Shown here piece after piece: positions 8,158 to 17,052 of a DNA stretch of 32,000 bases. Each line of letters opens with the position of its first letter. The first letter of the stretch is position 1. The position numbers were made by a program, and so were the translations under genes. The notes beneath the pieces were generated by a model, which was given only the letters and a program-made list of their open reading frames with translations, did no database searches and was not told the origin of the DNA. Origin of the DNA: Promethearchaeota archaeon. GTDB taxonomy: Archaea > Asgardarchaeota > Lokiarchaeia > Sigyniarchaeales > SOKP01. The stretch lies in contig JAUWGH010000002.1 of NCBI GenBank assembly GCA_030606485.1, positions 420,001-452,000 of the forward strand, in the 5' to 3' direction.

Positions 8158-9057
8158 ATGCAACAAAAAAGGGTTATACTTAGCGCAGAGACATCTCATG
8201 AAGTTATTAAAATATTCATTGAGCATTTACAAAATCTTGATATTGATTTACAAATCTATAATCCAATTAGTAGTCCCCAAGATTTAGAAGATAATCAAAT
8301 TTTCAATAGTAAATGCGATTTATTACTAGTTAAAGTTCATAATGATACCTCGATTGACTTTTTACATTATGCAAAACTTCACAATATTCCTACATTAAAT
8401 AGTATCGATGCAGTTCTTAATGTTAAAAATAAAGTTTCTTTAGATTATAGCTTGCGTGCTATTTTTGATAAACATAATTTTGAAAACATTCGTTTACCTA
8501 AGTCTTGGACATATTACTTTTATAAGATAAAACCCTTTAAAAAATGGATTCAGGACAAACTTCCTATTGTTATAAAATCTCATTATCAGCACGAAAAAAT
8601 GCAACGATTTAATTATTTAATTCGAGATATTAGCGAAATCAAGATGCTTGTTCGAAAGCATATGCTATTTCTTAATTATGATGTCTATATACAAGAATTT
8701 ATTGACTCTGATGGAATTGATAATAAAATTTACGTAATTGGAGATAAAGTTTTTGGAATAAAAAGACCAAGCCCGATTTTTATTTATAAAAAATATGCAG
8801 CTCAATATATTGACACAAAAAAATTAGAACGAGAACAATATGAGCCTCCACCAGAATTAATTGAATTAGCTCAGATCTTAAGAAAAGAACTTAAAATGGA
8901 ATTTTTTGGATTTGATTTACTAAAATCAAATCGAGATGGCAATTATTATATTGTTGATGTAAACGATTTTCCCGGGTATAGAGGTATTTTTGAAGCCGCC
9001 AAGACAATGGCAGATTATATAGAGAATTATTTAAAATTGAACGATTTGATTAGTTGA
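8158..9057 (+). CDS. ATP-grasp fold protein, ITPK1-like (inositol phosphate kinase) or RimK-like
   Basis: LPIVIK, YIQEFID, KIYVIGDKVFGIKRPS, FFGFDLL, IVDVNDFPGYRG. The ATP-grasp fold is secure; the kinase versus ligase assignment is inference. Confidence 0.75.
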   Translation: MQQKRVILSAETSHEVIKIFIEHLQNLDIDLQIYNPISSPQDLEDNQIFNSKCDLLLVKVHNDTSIDFLHYAKLHNIPTLNSIDAVLNVKNKVSLDYSLRAIFDKHNFENIRLPKSWTYYFYKIKPFKKWIQDKLPIVIKSHYQHEKMQRFNYLIRDISEIKMLVRKHMLFLNYDVYIQEFIDSDGIDNKIYVIGDKVFGIKRPSPIFIYKKYAAQYIDTKKLEREQYEPPPELIELAQILRKELKMEFFGFDLLKSNRDGNYYIVDVNDFPGYRGIFEAAKTMADYIENYLKLNDLIS

Positions 9058-9070
9058 TGTATTTAAATAT

Positions 9071-9361
9071 TTAATTTGATTTTTTCCTTAGGTGTATATA
9101 TTCTCCATCCATAATACGCACTAAATATGTTCTTCCTTTTATTATCCACATAATTTTATGACCCTCTCTTGCTTTTTTTCCCCACTCAGACTTTTTTCTA
9201 CTATTTTGTTCGATAAATCGATAACCAAAAATATCTATGTATTTTACTCCACTACTAGAAAATTTTTTTACTGGATATTCTATACCATCAATTTCTACAG
9301 TTTTTTTCCCTTCAAATATAGCATTATATATCTTCAAACCATTTTCTTTTAAATCTTCCAA
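9071..9361 (-). CDS. Hypothetical protein (96 aa, basic)
   Basis: Clean ORF filling the gap between convergent genes, with a plausible globular composition (YRFIEQN..KKSEWGKKAREGHKIMWII). No function recognised. Confidence 0.7.
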   Translation of the reverse strand: MEDLKENGLKIYNAIFEGKKTVEIDGIEYPVKKFSSSGVKYIDIFGYRFIEQNSRKKSEWGKKAREGHKIMWIIKGRTYLVRIMDGEYIHLRKKSN

Positions 9362-9435
9362 TTTAATTAACCAACCAATTTTATAAAATATTTATTAATA
9401 TTCACAATCGTTAATAATATTAAAAGAAAAGATAA

Positions 9436-10554
9436 TTATAAAAAAGAATTTAATGTTTTTTTAGATTTCAAATAAGGCTTAATAAATTCAATAATTTTAT
9501 TATTAAAATTCTTTAAAGTTAATAAGTCTCCTCGTGCATTCACATCTAATATGGATTCTTTTAAGTTTTGAAGATGGAGACCAGCCCATTGCATTCTTTT
9601 CCAAGCTTTACCGGATATGGAGTTATAGTATGCCTGATCCAGTAATTTCTTAGCAATAATATAATTATATCTTCGGTAATCATTTGGAATAAACCGTTTC
9701 GCTCGACATGCTAAATTATATTTCTTGCATAGAGTAATCAATTTTTTATGAATTTTTTTTAAATATTTTCCATCAACATACATATTCCCCTTGTATAAAT
9801 TTAAAAAATCATGAAGAATATCTCTATATTTACTATTTTTTATTTTATTTATAAAAAACTGGGCTTAGGAATCCCGCATTGTCATTCCAGGTGAAAATAA
9901 TATGAAATCACAATTTGCTTCTTTGGTTTTTAAAATTATTTCGTCTAAATTTTCATCGGAGTCCTCAATATAAGGGACAATTGGCATTAAATTAACACCA
10001 GTTTGGATTTTTGGAAATTCTTCTTTAATTTTCTTTAATGCTTCAATTCTCTTCAATGGAAGCGTTGCATGTGGTTCTAAAAATTTTGCAATCTCATCAT
10101 CGAAGGTTGTAATTGTAAAGGATAACGTGCAATATGTATCATCTGCTATTTTAGATAAAATATCTAAATCACGTAAAACTAAATCAGATTTAGTAGAAAT
10201 ACAGACAGGATATTTATATTTGAATAAAACTTCTAAAATTTGACGAGTATTTTGATATTTTATTTCAGCCGGTTGATAAGCGTCACATACACCACCAGTT
10301 GCTACTACATCAGGTAATAATGTTCTGGCATTTTTTAATCGATTATCTAATTTTTTTTTAACATTTTTCTTTACAATAATTTCATTATCCAAATCAGGAT
10401 GTAAGTAATATTTTTCAGAGCGAGCATCACAATAAATACAAGCATGTTCGCAGCCATTATATGGATTAAGAGTATAGCGGCACCAAAACCAACTATCAAT
10501 ATATTTCATTTTATTTATGATTGTTTTGAACTCTTTCTCGATATATTTAACCAT
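9436..10554 (-). pseudogene. Radical SAM protein of the SPL-like/Rv2578c family interrupted by one in-frame TAA (9867-9865)
   Basis: The motifs LNPYNGCEHACIYCDAR, TGGVCDAYQPAE, ISTKS, SFTITT and EP.A...KR mark the family. Reading past the stop continues in frame (MRDS*AQFFINKIKNSKYRDILHDFLNLYKGN-MYVDGK) into the 9436-9783 ORF, giving one 372-codon gene. Confidence 0.8.
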
Positions 10555-10590
10555 AAAACCAAATTTTTCTTTAAAATATATATTTTAAAT

Positions 10591-11433
10591 TTAGAGATTT
10601 ATAAATTTATTTCTTACATAATTAATTCCTTTAATAAGAGCCTTTTTAGAATTTAACTCAACTATTAGCGCCCCATTATATTCATATGATTTAATCAAAG
10701 AAAAAATCAAATTAAAATTTATTTTTCCCTTCCCAAGACCAATATGTGGATCACGATCTTTTGTATTATTGTCAACTAAATGAACATTTTTAATTTTATT
10801 ATGGAAGGTTTTCCAAAATAGAGTGGGGTCATCAACATTTGTCCAATAATGGGCGGTATCATAAGTTATAAAAAGTTCATCATGATTGAAATTCGAGAAA
10901 AAATTCTTAAAATCTTCAGTTTTCAATAAAATATTAAGACTTTTTGGCATATTTTCAATGCAAATTTTTACTCCTAAATCCTCGGTGGCTTTTAAAATCT
11001 CTTTCACAGACCCAATTAATCGTCTCATATTAAATTTATTAATGGAATTAACGACAAGATTCGCTAAACCGGGATGAATTGTCAATATTTTAGCACCAAT
11101 CTCTTTACAAATTATAGCAGACTCAATATAAGAATCAATGGATGCTTGAGAGATTTTATCATTGTGGCTACATAAACTCACGTCTATAAAAGGTCCATGA
11201 ATTTGTTTTTCTATCGAATATGATTCACATAATTCAATAAATTCTTTCTTATTTTCCTCAGAAGAAAGAATAGGAAAATCTAGAATAATCTCACAAACTT
11301 TTAATCTTTCATTTTCAGCCAATTTTAAAGATTCTTCAGTAGAATTTAAAAATAGTTCAAGAAGTTTTTTGGGTTTTTCTGACCATATAAGATCTAGAAT
11401 TAAACCTAATGAGCTAATCCCTAACTTTAACAT
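10591..11433 (-). CDS. Sugar-phosphate isomerase/epimerase family TIM barrel (AP endonuclease family 2)
   Basis: IHGPFIDVSL, TIHPG, IENMP, TYDTAH, VHLVDN, DPHIGLGKGKINF, IVEL. Confidence 0.85.
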   Translation of the reverse strand: MLKLGISSLGLILDLIWSEKPKKLLELFLNSTEESLKLAENERLKVCEIILDFPILSSEENKKEFIELCESYSIEKQIHGPFIDVSLCSHNDKISQASIDSYIESAIICKEIGAKILTIHPGLANLVVNSINKFNMRRLIGSVKEILKATEDLGVKICIENMPKSLNILLKTEDFKNFFSNFNHDELFITYDTAHYWTNVDDPTLFWKTFHNKIKNVHLVDNNTKDRDPHIGLGKGKINFNLIFSLIKSYEYNGALIVELNSKKALIKGINYVRNKFINL

Positions 11434-11567
11434 TTCTTATTTATTTTTGTTAGATATAATAATATAATAAATAATTAAAAAGAGTATTAATCATTTATCT
11501 AAGAATTAGAAAATAGAAGAATTTGAGCTCTTTACCATAAAAATTAATTTAATCTAATTTTTGCTTA

Positions 11568-12749
11568 TTAATCAGATACATCTATTGGATAAGTCCCGTA
11601 TTTCCTCTTGATGTTTTGCATAGCTTCAAATCGATCTACAGTAACTGCTGGATTAATAGAATGCCCACTACTGAAGATATACCCACCACCAGGAGCCAGC
11701 TCCCGTATTAAACGTTTTGCATAAGTTTCAATTTCAGAAATTTCACCAATTGCCAACATTATGGGGCTTAAATTGCCACAAAAAGTTATTTTATCTCCAT
11801 ACTTTTCATTTAATTTAAAAATATCATAGTCTGGATTACTAGTAGTGCTTTCTATTGGATTTAATACGTCAACGCCACAATTAATTATATCTTCGAAGAT
11901 TTCCATTAAATCTCCATCGGAATGCAATAATATTTTGCAATCTTGTTTGTGAGCTGCATCGCATATCTGTTTAATCCATGGAAAGACATATTTTCTGTAA
12001 TTTATAGGGCTCATAAATAAACCATTTTTAAAACCATAATCATCCCATAAAATTACCATTTGAGCATCATTCTCAGCTAAAATCTTAACAAGTTCAAGCG
12101 TAAATTTACCCCTATCATCAAATAGTTTTTTTGCTTGTTTATGTCTTCCAATAATTCTTGAGAAGGTTTCAAGTCCAAATCCTTCCCAAGTGCATTCCAT
12201 CAAAGCTCCCGTAGATGGAACGGAGAATATTTCATTATTCATTTCTTCTTGAACTTCTCTGCCTGCTAAAAAACCGTTTAATCGAGCTTCCCAAGTAGGA
12301 TCTAGTGGCTCCCAACTCTCGTAATCCTCAAAACTTTTAAAATGACCTCCATAATAACCCAATATTGGTGTGCCATCCTTTTCATAATATTCAAACCTCA
12401 TAATTCTTCCATATTCATCAATAAATCCACTTGCATCTTCAAGAATTTCCCGTGGGAAGAGACTGGAAATACTTATTCCGATATCCAATCCAATTTTACG
12501 ATAAAATTTATATGAGAATTTATATCCTGCTTTTAAAAGATTTTTTTGTTTCAAAAATTTTTGCATGAGTTCATTTTTATTGAGTACGTTTTTTAATAAT
12601 GATATTCCGTAGTCTCCTTTACCAGGTTTCATACCGTAATGTTTCATAATTGTATTGTTCGTAAAAGCACTTTCCCAAGCTGGAACTCTGTCAGGTTCTT
12701 CATGATTTACAGTTTTTAATACCCGTTCTGGAGCTGTTAATTTACCCAT
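11568..12749 (-). CDS. Uroporphyrinogen decarboxylase / MtaA-CmuA methyltransferase superfamily protein
   Basis: ERVLKTVNHEEPDRVP, DEYGR, WDDYG, MSP..YRKYVFP, LHSDG, DVLNPIE, FCGN, GGYIFSSGHSI. Confidence 0.85.
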   Translation of the reverse strand: MGKLTAPERVLKTVNHEEPDRVPAWESAFTNNTIMKHYGMKPGKGDYGISLLKNVLNKNELMQKFLKQKNLLKAGYKFSYKFYRKIGLDIGISISSLFPREILEDASGFIDEYGRIMRFEYYEKDGTPILGYYGGHFKSFEDYESWEPLDPTWEARLNGFLAGREVQEEMNNEIFSVPSTGALMECTWEGFGLETFSRIIGRHKQAKKLFDDRGKFTLELVKILAENDAQMVILWDDYGFKNGLFMSPINYRKYVFPWIKQICDAAHKQDCKILLHSDGDLMEIFEDIINCGVDVLNPIESTTSNPDYDIFKLNEKYGDKITFCGNLSPIMLAIGEISEIETYAKRLIRELAPGGGYIFSSGHSINPAVTVDRFEAMQNIKRKYGTYPIDVSD

Positions 12750-12813
12750 TCTTATAATCTCTAATTTTTAATTTAAGATGTTTGCAATTATAAATTAAAT
12801 CTAATACTATAAG

Positions 12814-13977
12814 TTAAAAAAAGTCAAATAAACCTCCAATTCCTCTCATTTTAGCATCGATAGCATGATGAGGACACATTTCCATACAACATAAACAAGA
12901 AATGCATTTTTTTCTCAAAAAAATAGGATATTGTTGCTCTTTAAAGTTAATCGCTTCAGCGGGGCATATTTGAGCACACTCGCCACATTTTTTACATAAC
13001 TTCTGCTTTAAAACTGGTATTTTTTTAAAGATTTTATATACTACATGACCTGTAACATAACTAACAATATTTGTCATAAGTTCTCCAGGGACTTTAAATT
13101 TAGGAACTTGTTTTTTAGCATCTTCTAAGGATAAACCTAATATTTCAATTTCATCAAAATTTCCAATACCTAATCCCCTTTTAAACGCATTGTTTAAATG
13201 AGGCACATTTTTTAATCCATTGAATTTACCAATCTCTAATGCAACCAAATCTAATGCCAATTCATCTGTTCCAACAAGAATTAGGTTCCATTTAACCATT
13301 TCTCCCGCAGAAGGACCCCTTGGACCTTGCATAATTGTATGTAAATCGTAAATAGTTATTCTATTTGGTTTATTTTTCACAACCCATGAAAAATTATCTG
13401 CAAGAACCATTCCAAAATTCTGTGCGTTTTTGCCTAATAGATGATATTTTGCTTTTAATCCTCCAGGAATGATACCCCAATAATTTTTTATAGCTCCTGT
13501 CATCGTAGCCTCCACATGAGTTTTTAACTTTGGAAGATTTATTATAATATCGCAATCTTTTACTGGTTTTGATACAAAGAATTCTTTCATAATCAAACCG
13601 TCTTCAATTATTTCTTTTTCCGGAATTTCACTTTCAAAATTTACGAATTTTATACCTTCTCTCTCGCAAATACCAAAAAGTCCAATTTTCTTGGCAACAG
13701 AAGAAGCATTTTTTTTTAATTGCCCGGGAGAATCACCAATTCTTACATTTTCAATGGATACACCGATATTTTTTAGGTAAGCAACAACACCTTCAACAAA
13801 AATTGGTTGAGTACACGCATCTCTATTAGTAGAAAGCAAGTTTGGCTTTAATAAAATATATTTTGATTCTTTAAAATTAAATGGTAAATCCTTTTCAACC
13901 AATTTAATGGCATTAATAATTGCATCAATAATGTTATCAAAATCTCTTACATTTACAATACCTATTTTTGTTGTCAT
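12814..13977 (-). CDS. DUF362 family protein with C-terminal 2x[4Fe-4S] ferredoxin domain
   Basis: ILLKPNLL, IGDSPG, INLPKLKTH, MTGAIKNYWG, C-terminal CKKCGECAQICP and CISCLCCMEMCP. Confidence 0.9.
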   Translation of the reverse strand: MTTKIGIVNVRDFDNIIDAIINAIKLVEKDLPFNFKESKYILLKPNLLSTNRDACTQPIFVEGVVAYLKNIGVSIENVRIGDSPGQLKKNASSVAKKIGLFGICEREGIKFVNFESEIPEKEIIEDGLIMKEFFVSKPVKDCDIIINLPKLKTHVEATMTGAIKNYWGIIPGGLKAKYHLLGKNAQNFGMVLADNFSWVVKNKPNRITIYDLHTIMQGPRGPSAGEMVKWNLILVGTDELALDLVALEIGKFNGLKNVPHLNNAFKRGLGIGNFDEIEILGLSLEDAKKQVPKFKVPGELMTNIVSYVTGHVVYKIFKKIPVLKQKLCKKCGECAQICPAEAINFKEQQYPIFLRKKCISCLCCMEMCPHHAIDAKMRGIGGLFDFF

Positions 13978-14030
13978 TGTTAACAGTTAAGATTTAAACA
14001 TTATAAAGATAATAAACAAATTCTATTTTT

Positions 14031-14714
14031 CTAAACAAAACAATTTAAATTTGCAAATTTTATTCCCTTTGCTTTCATATTTGACAATGTTTGGGAAATA
14101 TTTCCTTCTGGTATATCTATTCCTTTTGTTAAATCTACAATGAAATAGACTTCAAACCCAAAATCAATACCATCCATTGCTGTAAAATAGCAACAATAAT
14201 CTAATGCAAGACCACAAATGAAAATTCTTTCAATATTTAATGATTTTAATAAACCTGAAAGACCAGTTTTGGTTTTTTTGTCATTTTCAAGAAATCCAGA
14301 ATAGCTATCAATTTCTGGATTCATTCCTTTTCGAATTATTGCTTTAGCGCGCGAGATATCTAAAGATTTTTGAAACTCTGCCCCATTTGTTTCTTGAATG
14401 CAGTGATTAGGCCATAAAATCGGACCAATTGCTTCAGTTTGATATTTATCTCCCGGATTTTTTCCGGGGTGATTACTAGCAAAAGACTTATGAGTTTTAG
14501 GATGCCAATCTTGAGTTAAAACAATGGATCCCCCCTTTTCATAAAAGATTTTGATTATTTGATTAATTCCAGGGATAATTTGATTACCTTCTCTTACAGG
14601 TAAAGTGCCATTTGGCATAAAATCATTCTGCATGTCAACAATAATCAATGCGTCAGTTTTAGAAATTGTAATATCAATAACATATTTAATCTCGTCAAAA
14701 TCCAAGTTAATCAC
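14031..14714 (-). CDS. pncA: Nicotinamidase/pyrazinamidase
   Basis: GTG start. ALIIVDMQNDFM, TQDWHP..HKSF, WPNHC, IRKG, DSYSGF, GLALDYCC. Confidence 0.92.
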   Translation of the reverse strand: MINLDFDEIKYVIDITISKTDALIIVDMQNDFMPNGTLPVREGNQIIPGINQIIKIFYEKGGSIVLTQDWHPKTHKSFASNHPGKNPGDKYQTEAIGPILWPNHCIQETNGAEFQKSLDISRAKAIIRKGMNPEIDSYSGFLENDKKTKTGLSGLLKSLNIERIFICGLALDYCCYFTAMDGIDFGFEVYFIVDLTKGIDIPEGNISQTLSNMKAKGIKFANLNCFV

Positions 14715-14960
14715 TACTTTAAATATGTATAATTTTCATTCTTTTTATTTTATTATTATATATATTGATTCAAAACAAAAAAATCTAAAATTTGATAAGT
14801 AGAATAAAATGCTTTTGTTAGTTGATTTTATACATTTTAAAACGTTTTATAAAAAATAATAATAATTTTAATATTATCTTAGGTATAATATGTTTTTAAT
14901 ATGATAAAAAACACTAATTTAATTAATTAAATAATTAAACAAAATTTGATGACGTAAAAA

Positions 14961-16730
14961 ATGTACCATATAGACGGATCAGATTATTTGAAAGAAAAAT
15001 GGTATTCTAAAACAATTAGTGTATGCCCAGAATGCCTTCAAAGAATTCCAGCAGATCTTATTGAAGAAGATGGCAAGATCTGGATGTATAAAACTTGCCC
15101 GGAACATGGTGAATTTAAGGATCTCATCTCTTCTTCAGCTAAATATTATAAATGGACGCATTACAAAACTGATAAATGGCAATTTCTTAAAAATGGTGAA
15201 GCTAACCCTCCTGATGTTCCTGCAATAGATCCCAGAGGTTGTCCTTGGAATTGTGGTTTGTGTCCAGAACATTTATCAACTTGCGCTCTAGCACTCATAG
15301 ACATCACAAATCGTTGCAATATGGCTTGTTCATTCTGTTATGCGAATGTTGGGAAAGCAGGTTATCTTATTGAGCCATCACTTGAGGAGATTGATCGGAT
15401 TCTGGCACATTTCCGAAGCAAACCTATACCGCCCCCGGCTATAATGTTCACTGGTGGCGAGCCTACCGTTAGAAAAGAATTTCCAGAAATTTGTGCAATG
15501 GCAAAAAAGCACGGCTTTAAGGAGATAATAGTTGCAACTAACGGATACGGTTTCCAGCGAAAAAAGGGCGGACTAGAGTATACCAAGGAATGTTATGAAA
15601 AAGGTTTAGATACGATATATTTACAATTTGATGGGATAAATGATGAAACTTATGAGAAAACACGTGGTATTAAGAATTTAATGGCATATAAAGAAAGGGT
15701 TGTAGAAAATTGTAGAAAAGCAGATCTTACCTCAATTATCCTAGTCGCTACAATCGCTAGAGGTGTTACAGATATGGAGGTTGGGAATATTATTCAATAT
15801 GCCATAGATAACATTGATGTAGTTCGGGGAATAACGTTTCAACCAGTTTCATTATGCGGGAGAATTTCATTTGAGGAAATGCAAGATTTAAGAATTACAA
15901 ATGCTGATGTAATACAAGAAATTGATAAACAAACGGGTGGAGCCATAAGTATTGAGAATGCATGGTACCCATTAACAGCAATAGTTGAATTGGGAAGGAT
16001 AATGTCATTTTTAGCTGGTGTTGAACCGGTTGAATTCACATGTCATCCAGATTGTGGTTTTTCCACATATTTAGTGGTAGATCCAGAAACAAATAAAATG
16101 GTGCCAATAATGGAATACTTTGACCCGCTTAAAATCATAGATTTTGCTAATCAATTCTGGGAAAAAATCAAACAAAAAGAAAAGGAACCAATAAAGATAT
16201 TTACGGATATATTAGGTAATTTTGGTGATGCAGGCAAATCCCTCGGAGAAACATTGGATAAAGGCACAAACTGGTTAGACATGCAACAGTTACGTGCTAG
16301 ATTTTTATTGGGAATGTTACAATACACTAAAAAATCCGGAAAATTAATGGATATGTTTACCAGAGTATTACTTAATGCCAAATGGGATAGTATTAGTTCA
16401 TTCTCTCACGGCGCTTTGCTTATATCAAGTATGCATTTCCAAGATGCATATAATTTCAATGTAGAAAGAGCAAAAAGGTGTATCGTTCATTTTGGAATTG
16501 CAATGCCTGATGGCACAGTAAAGGAGTGTTCTTTCTGTACAATGAATACATTCCATCGACCTCATATAGAGAAGTTAGTAGCAAAAAAAGTAACTGATAA
16601 AATTAGAAACGAATTTGATACAACAACAGGTAAAGTTAGAGAAGAAATAATCTCTAAGGAGGAAGTAATCAGTGAAATTCAACCTAATGGCGGAATACCA
16701 GAAAGAAAAGGCATGGAGGATGAAATTTAA
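14961..16730 (+). CDS. tes: Tetraether lipid synthase (Tes / GDGT-MAS, MJ0619 family radical SAM)
   Basis: N-terminal CPEC...CPEH site, GCPWNCGLCPEH auxiliary-cluster motif, IDITNRCNMACSFCYAN radical SAM motif, TGGEPT, YLQFDG, FQPVS..GR, FTCHPDCG, MHFQDAYNF, RC..H, FCTMN. Confidence 0.85.
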   Translation: MYHIDGSDYLKEKWYSKTISVCPECLQRIPADLIEEDGKIWMYKTCPEHGEFKDLISSSAKYYKWTHYKTDKWQFLKNGEANPPDVPAIDPRGCPWNCGLCPEHLSTCALALIDITNRCNMACSFCYANVGKAGYLIEPSLEEIDRILAHFRSKPIPPPAIMFTGGEPTVRKEFPEICAMAKKHGFKEIIVATNGYGFQRKKGGLEYTKECYEKGLDTIYLQFDGINDETYEKTRGIKNLMAYKERVVENCRKADLTSIILVATIARGVTDMEVGNIIQYAIDNIDVVRGITFQPVSLCGRISFEEMQDLRITNADVIQEIDKQTGGAISIENAWYPLTAIVELGRIMSFLAGVEPVEFTCHPDCGFSTYLVVDPETNKMVPIMEYFDPLKIIDFANQFWEKIKQKEKEPIKIFTDILGNFGDAGKSLGETLDKGTNWLDMQQLRARFLLGMLQYTKKSGKLMDMFTRVLLNAKWDSISSFSHGALLISSMHFQDAYNFNVERAKRCIVHFGIAMPDGTVKECSFCTMNTFHRPHIEKLVAKKVTDKIRNEFDTTTGKVREEIISKEEVISEIQPNGGIPERKGMEDEI

Positions 16731-16733
16731 ATT

Positions 16734-17006
16734 ATGTCAGAAAATTCATCTGATGCCCAACCAAAGTTTAGAACATTAACTGAGCTTAAACCGAGTACAG
16801 CTAAAGAATATCAAGATGCAATAGTCAAAAGAGTAGATTATTTTGCCAAAACCGGGACTTCTACATTTAACAATGCTATTGAAAACGTAATAGTTACTGG
16901 AGCAGGATTTTTTTTAAATGCTAAGGAAAAAATTGATGCTATGTTAGGAGACGAACTTGTGGATAAAGTCCACAGTGTAATTGAGAAAATTCTTTTGTTG
17001 TTTTAA
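16734..17006 (+). CDS. Hypothetical 90-aa protein, probably co-transcribed with tes
   Basis: Starts 3 nt after the tes stop, preceded by GGAGG at the end of tes. Looks helical; no family recognised. Confidence 0.7.
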   Translation: MSENSSDAQPKFRTLTELKPSTAKEYQDAIVKRVDYFAKTGTSTFNNAIENVIVTGAGFFLNAKEKIDAMLGDELVDKVHSVIEKILLLF

Positions 17007-17052
17007 ACTCTTTTATTTTTTTTTACCCAAAATTGTTATATGTGGAAAAAAT

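Noticed and set aside
16981-17052. N-terminal extension of the kinase-family ORF from TTG 16981
   Set aside because: It overlaps the 3' end of the 90-aa gene and translates as low-complexity Phe/Cys-rich text; GTG 17053 is the better start.
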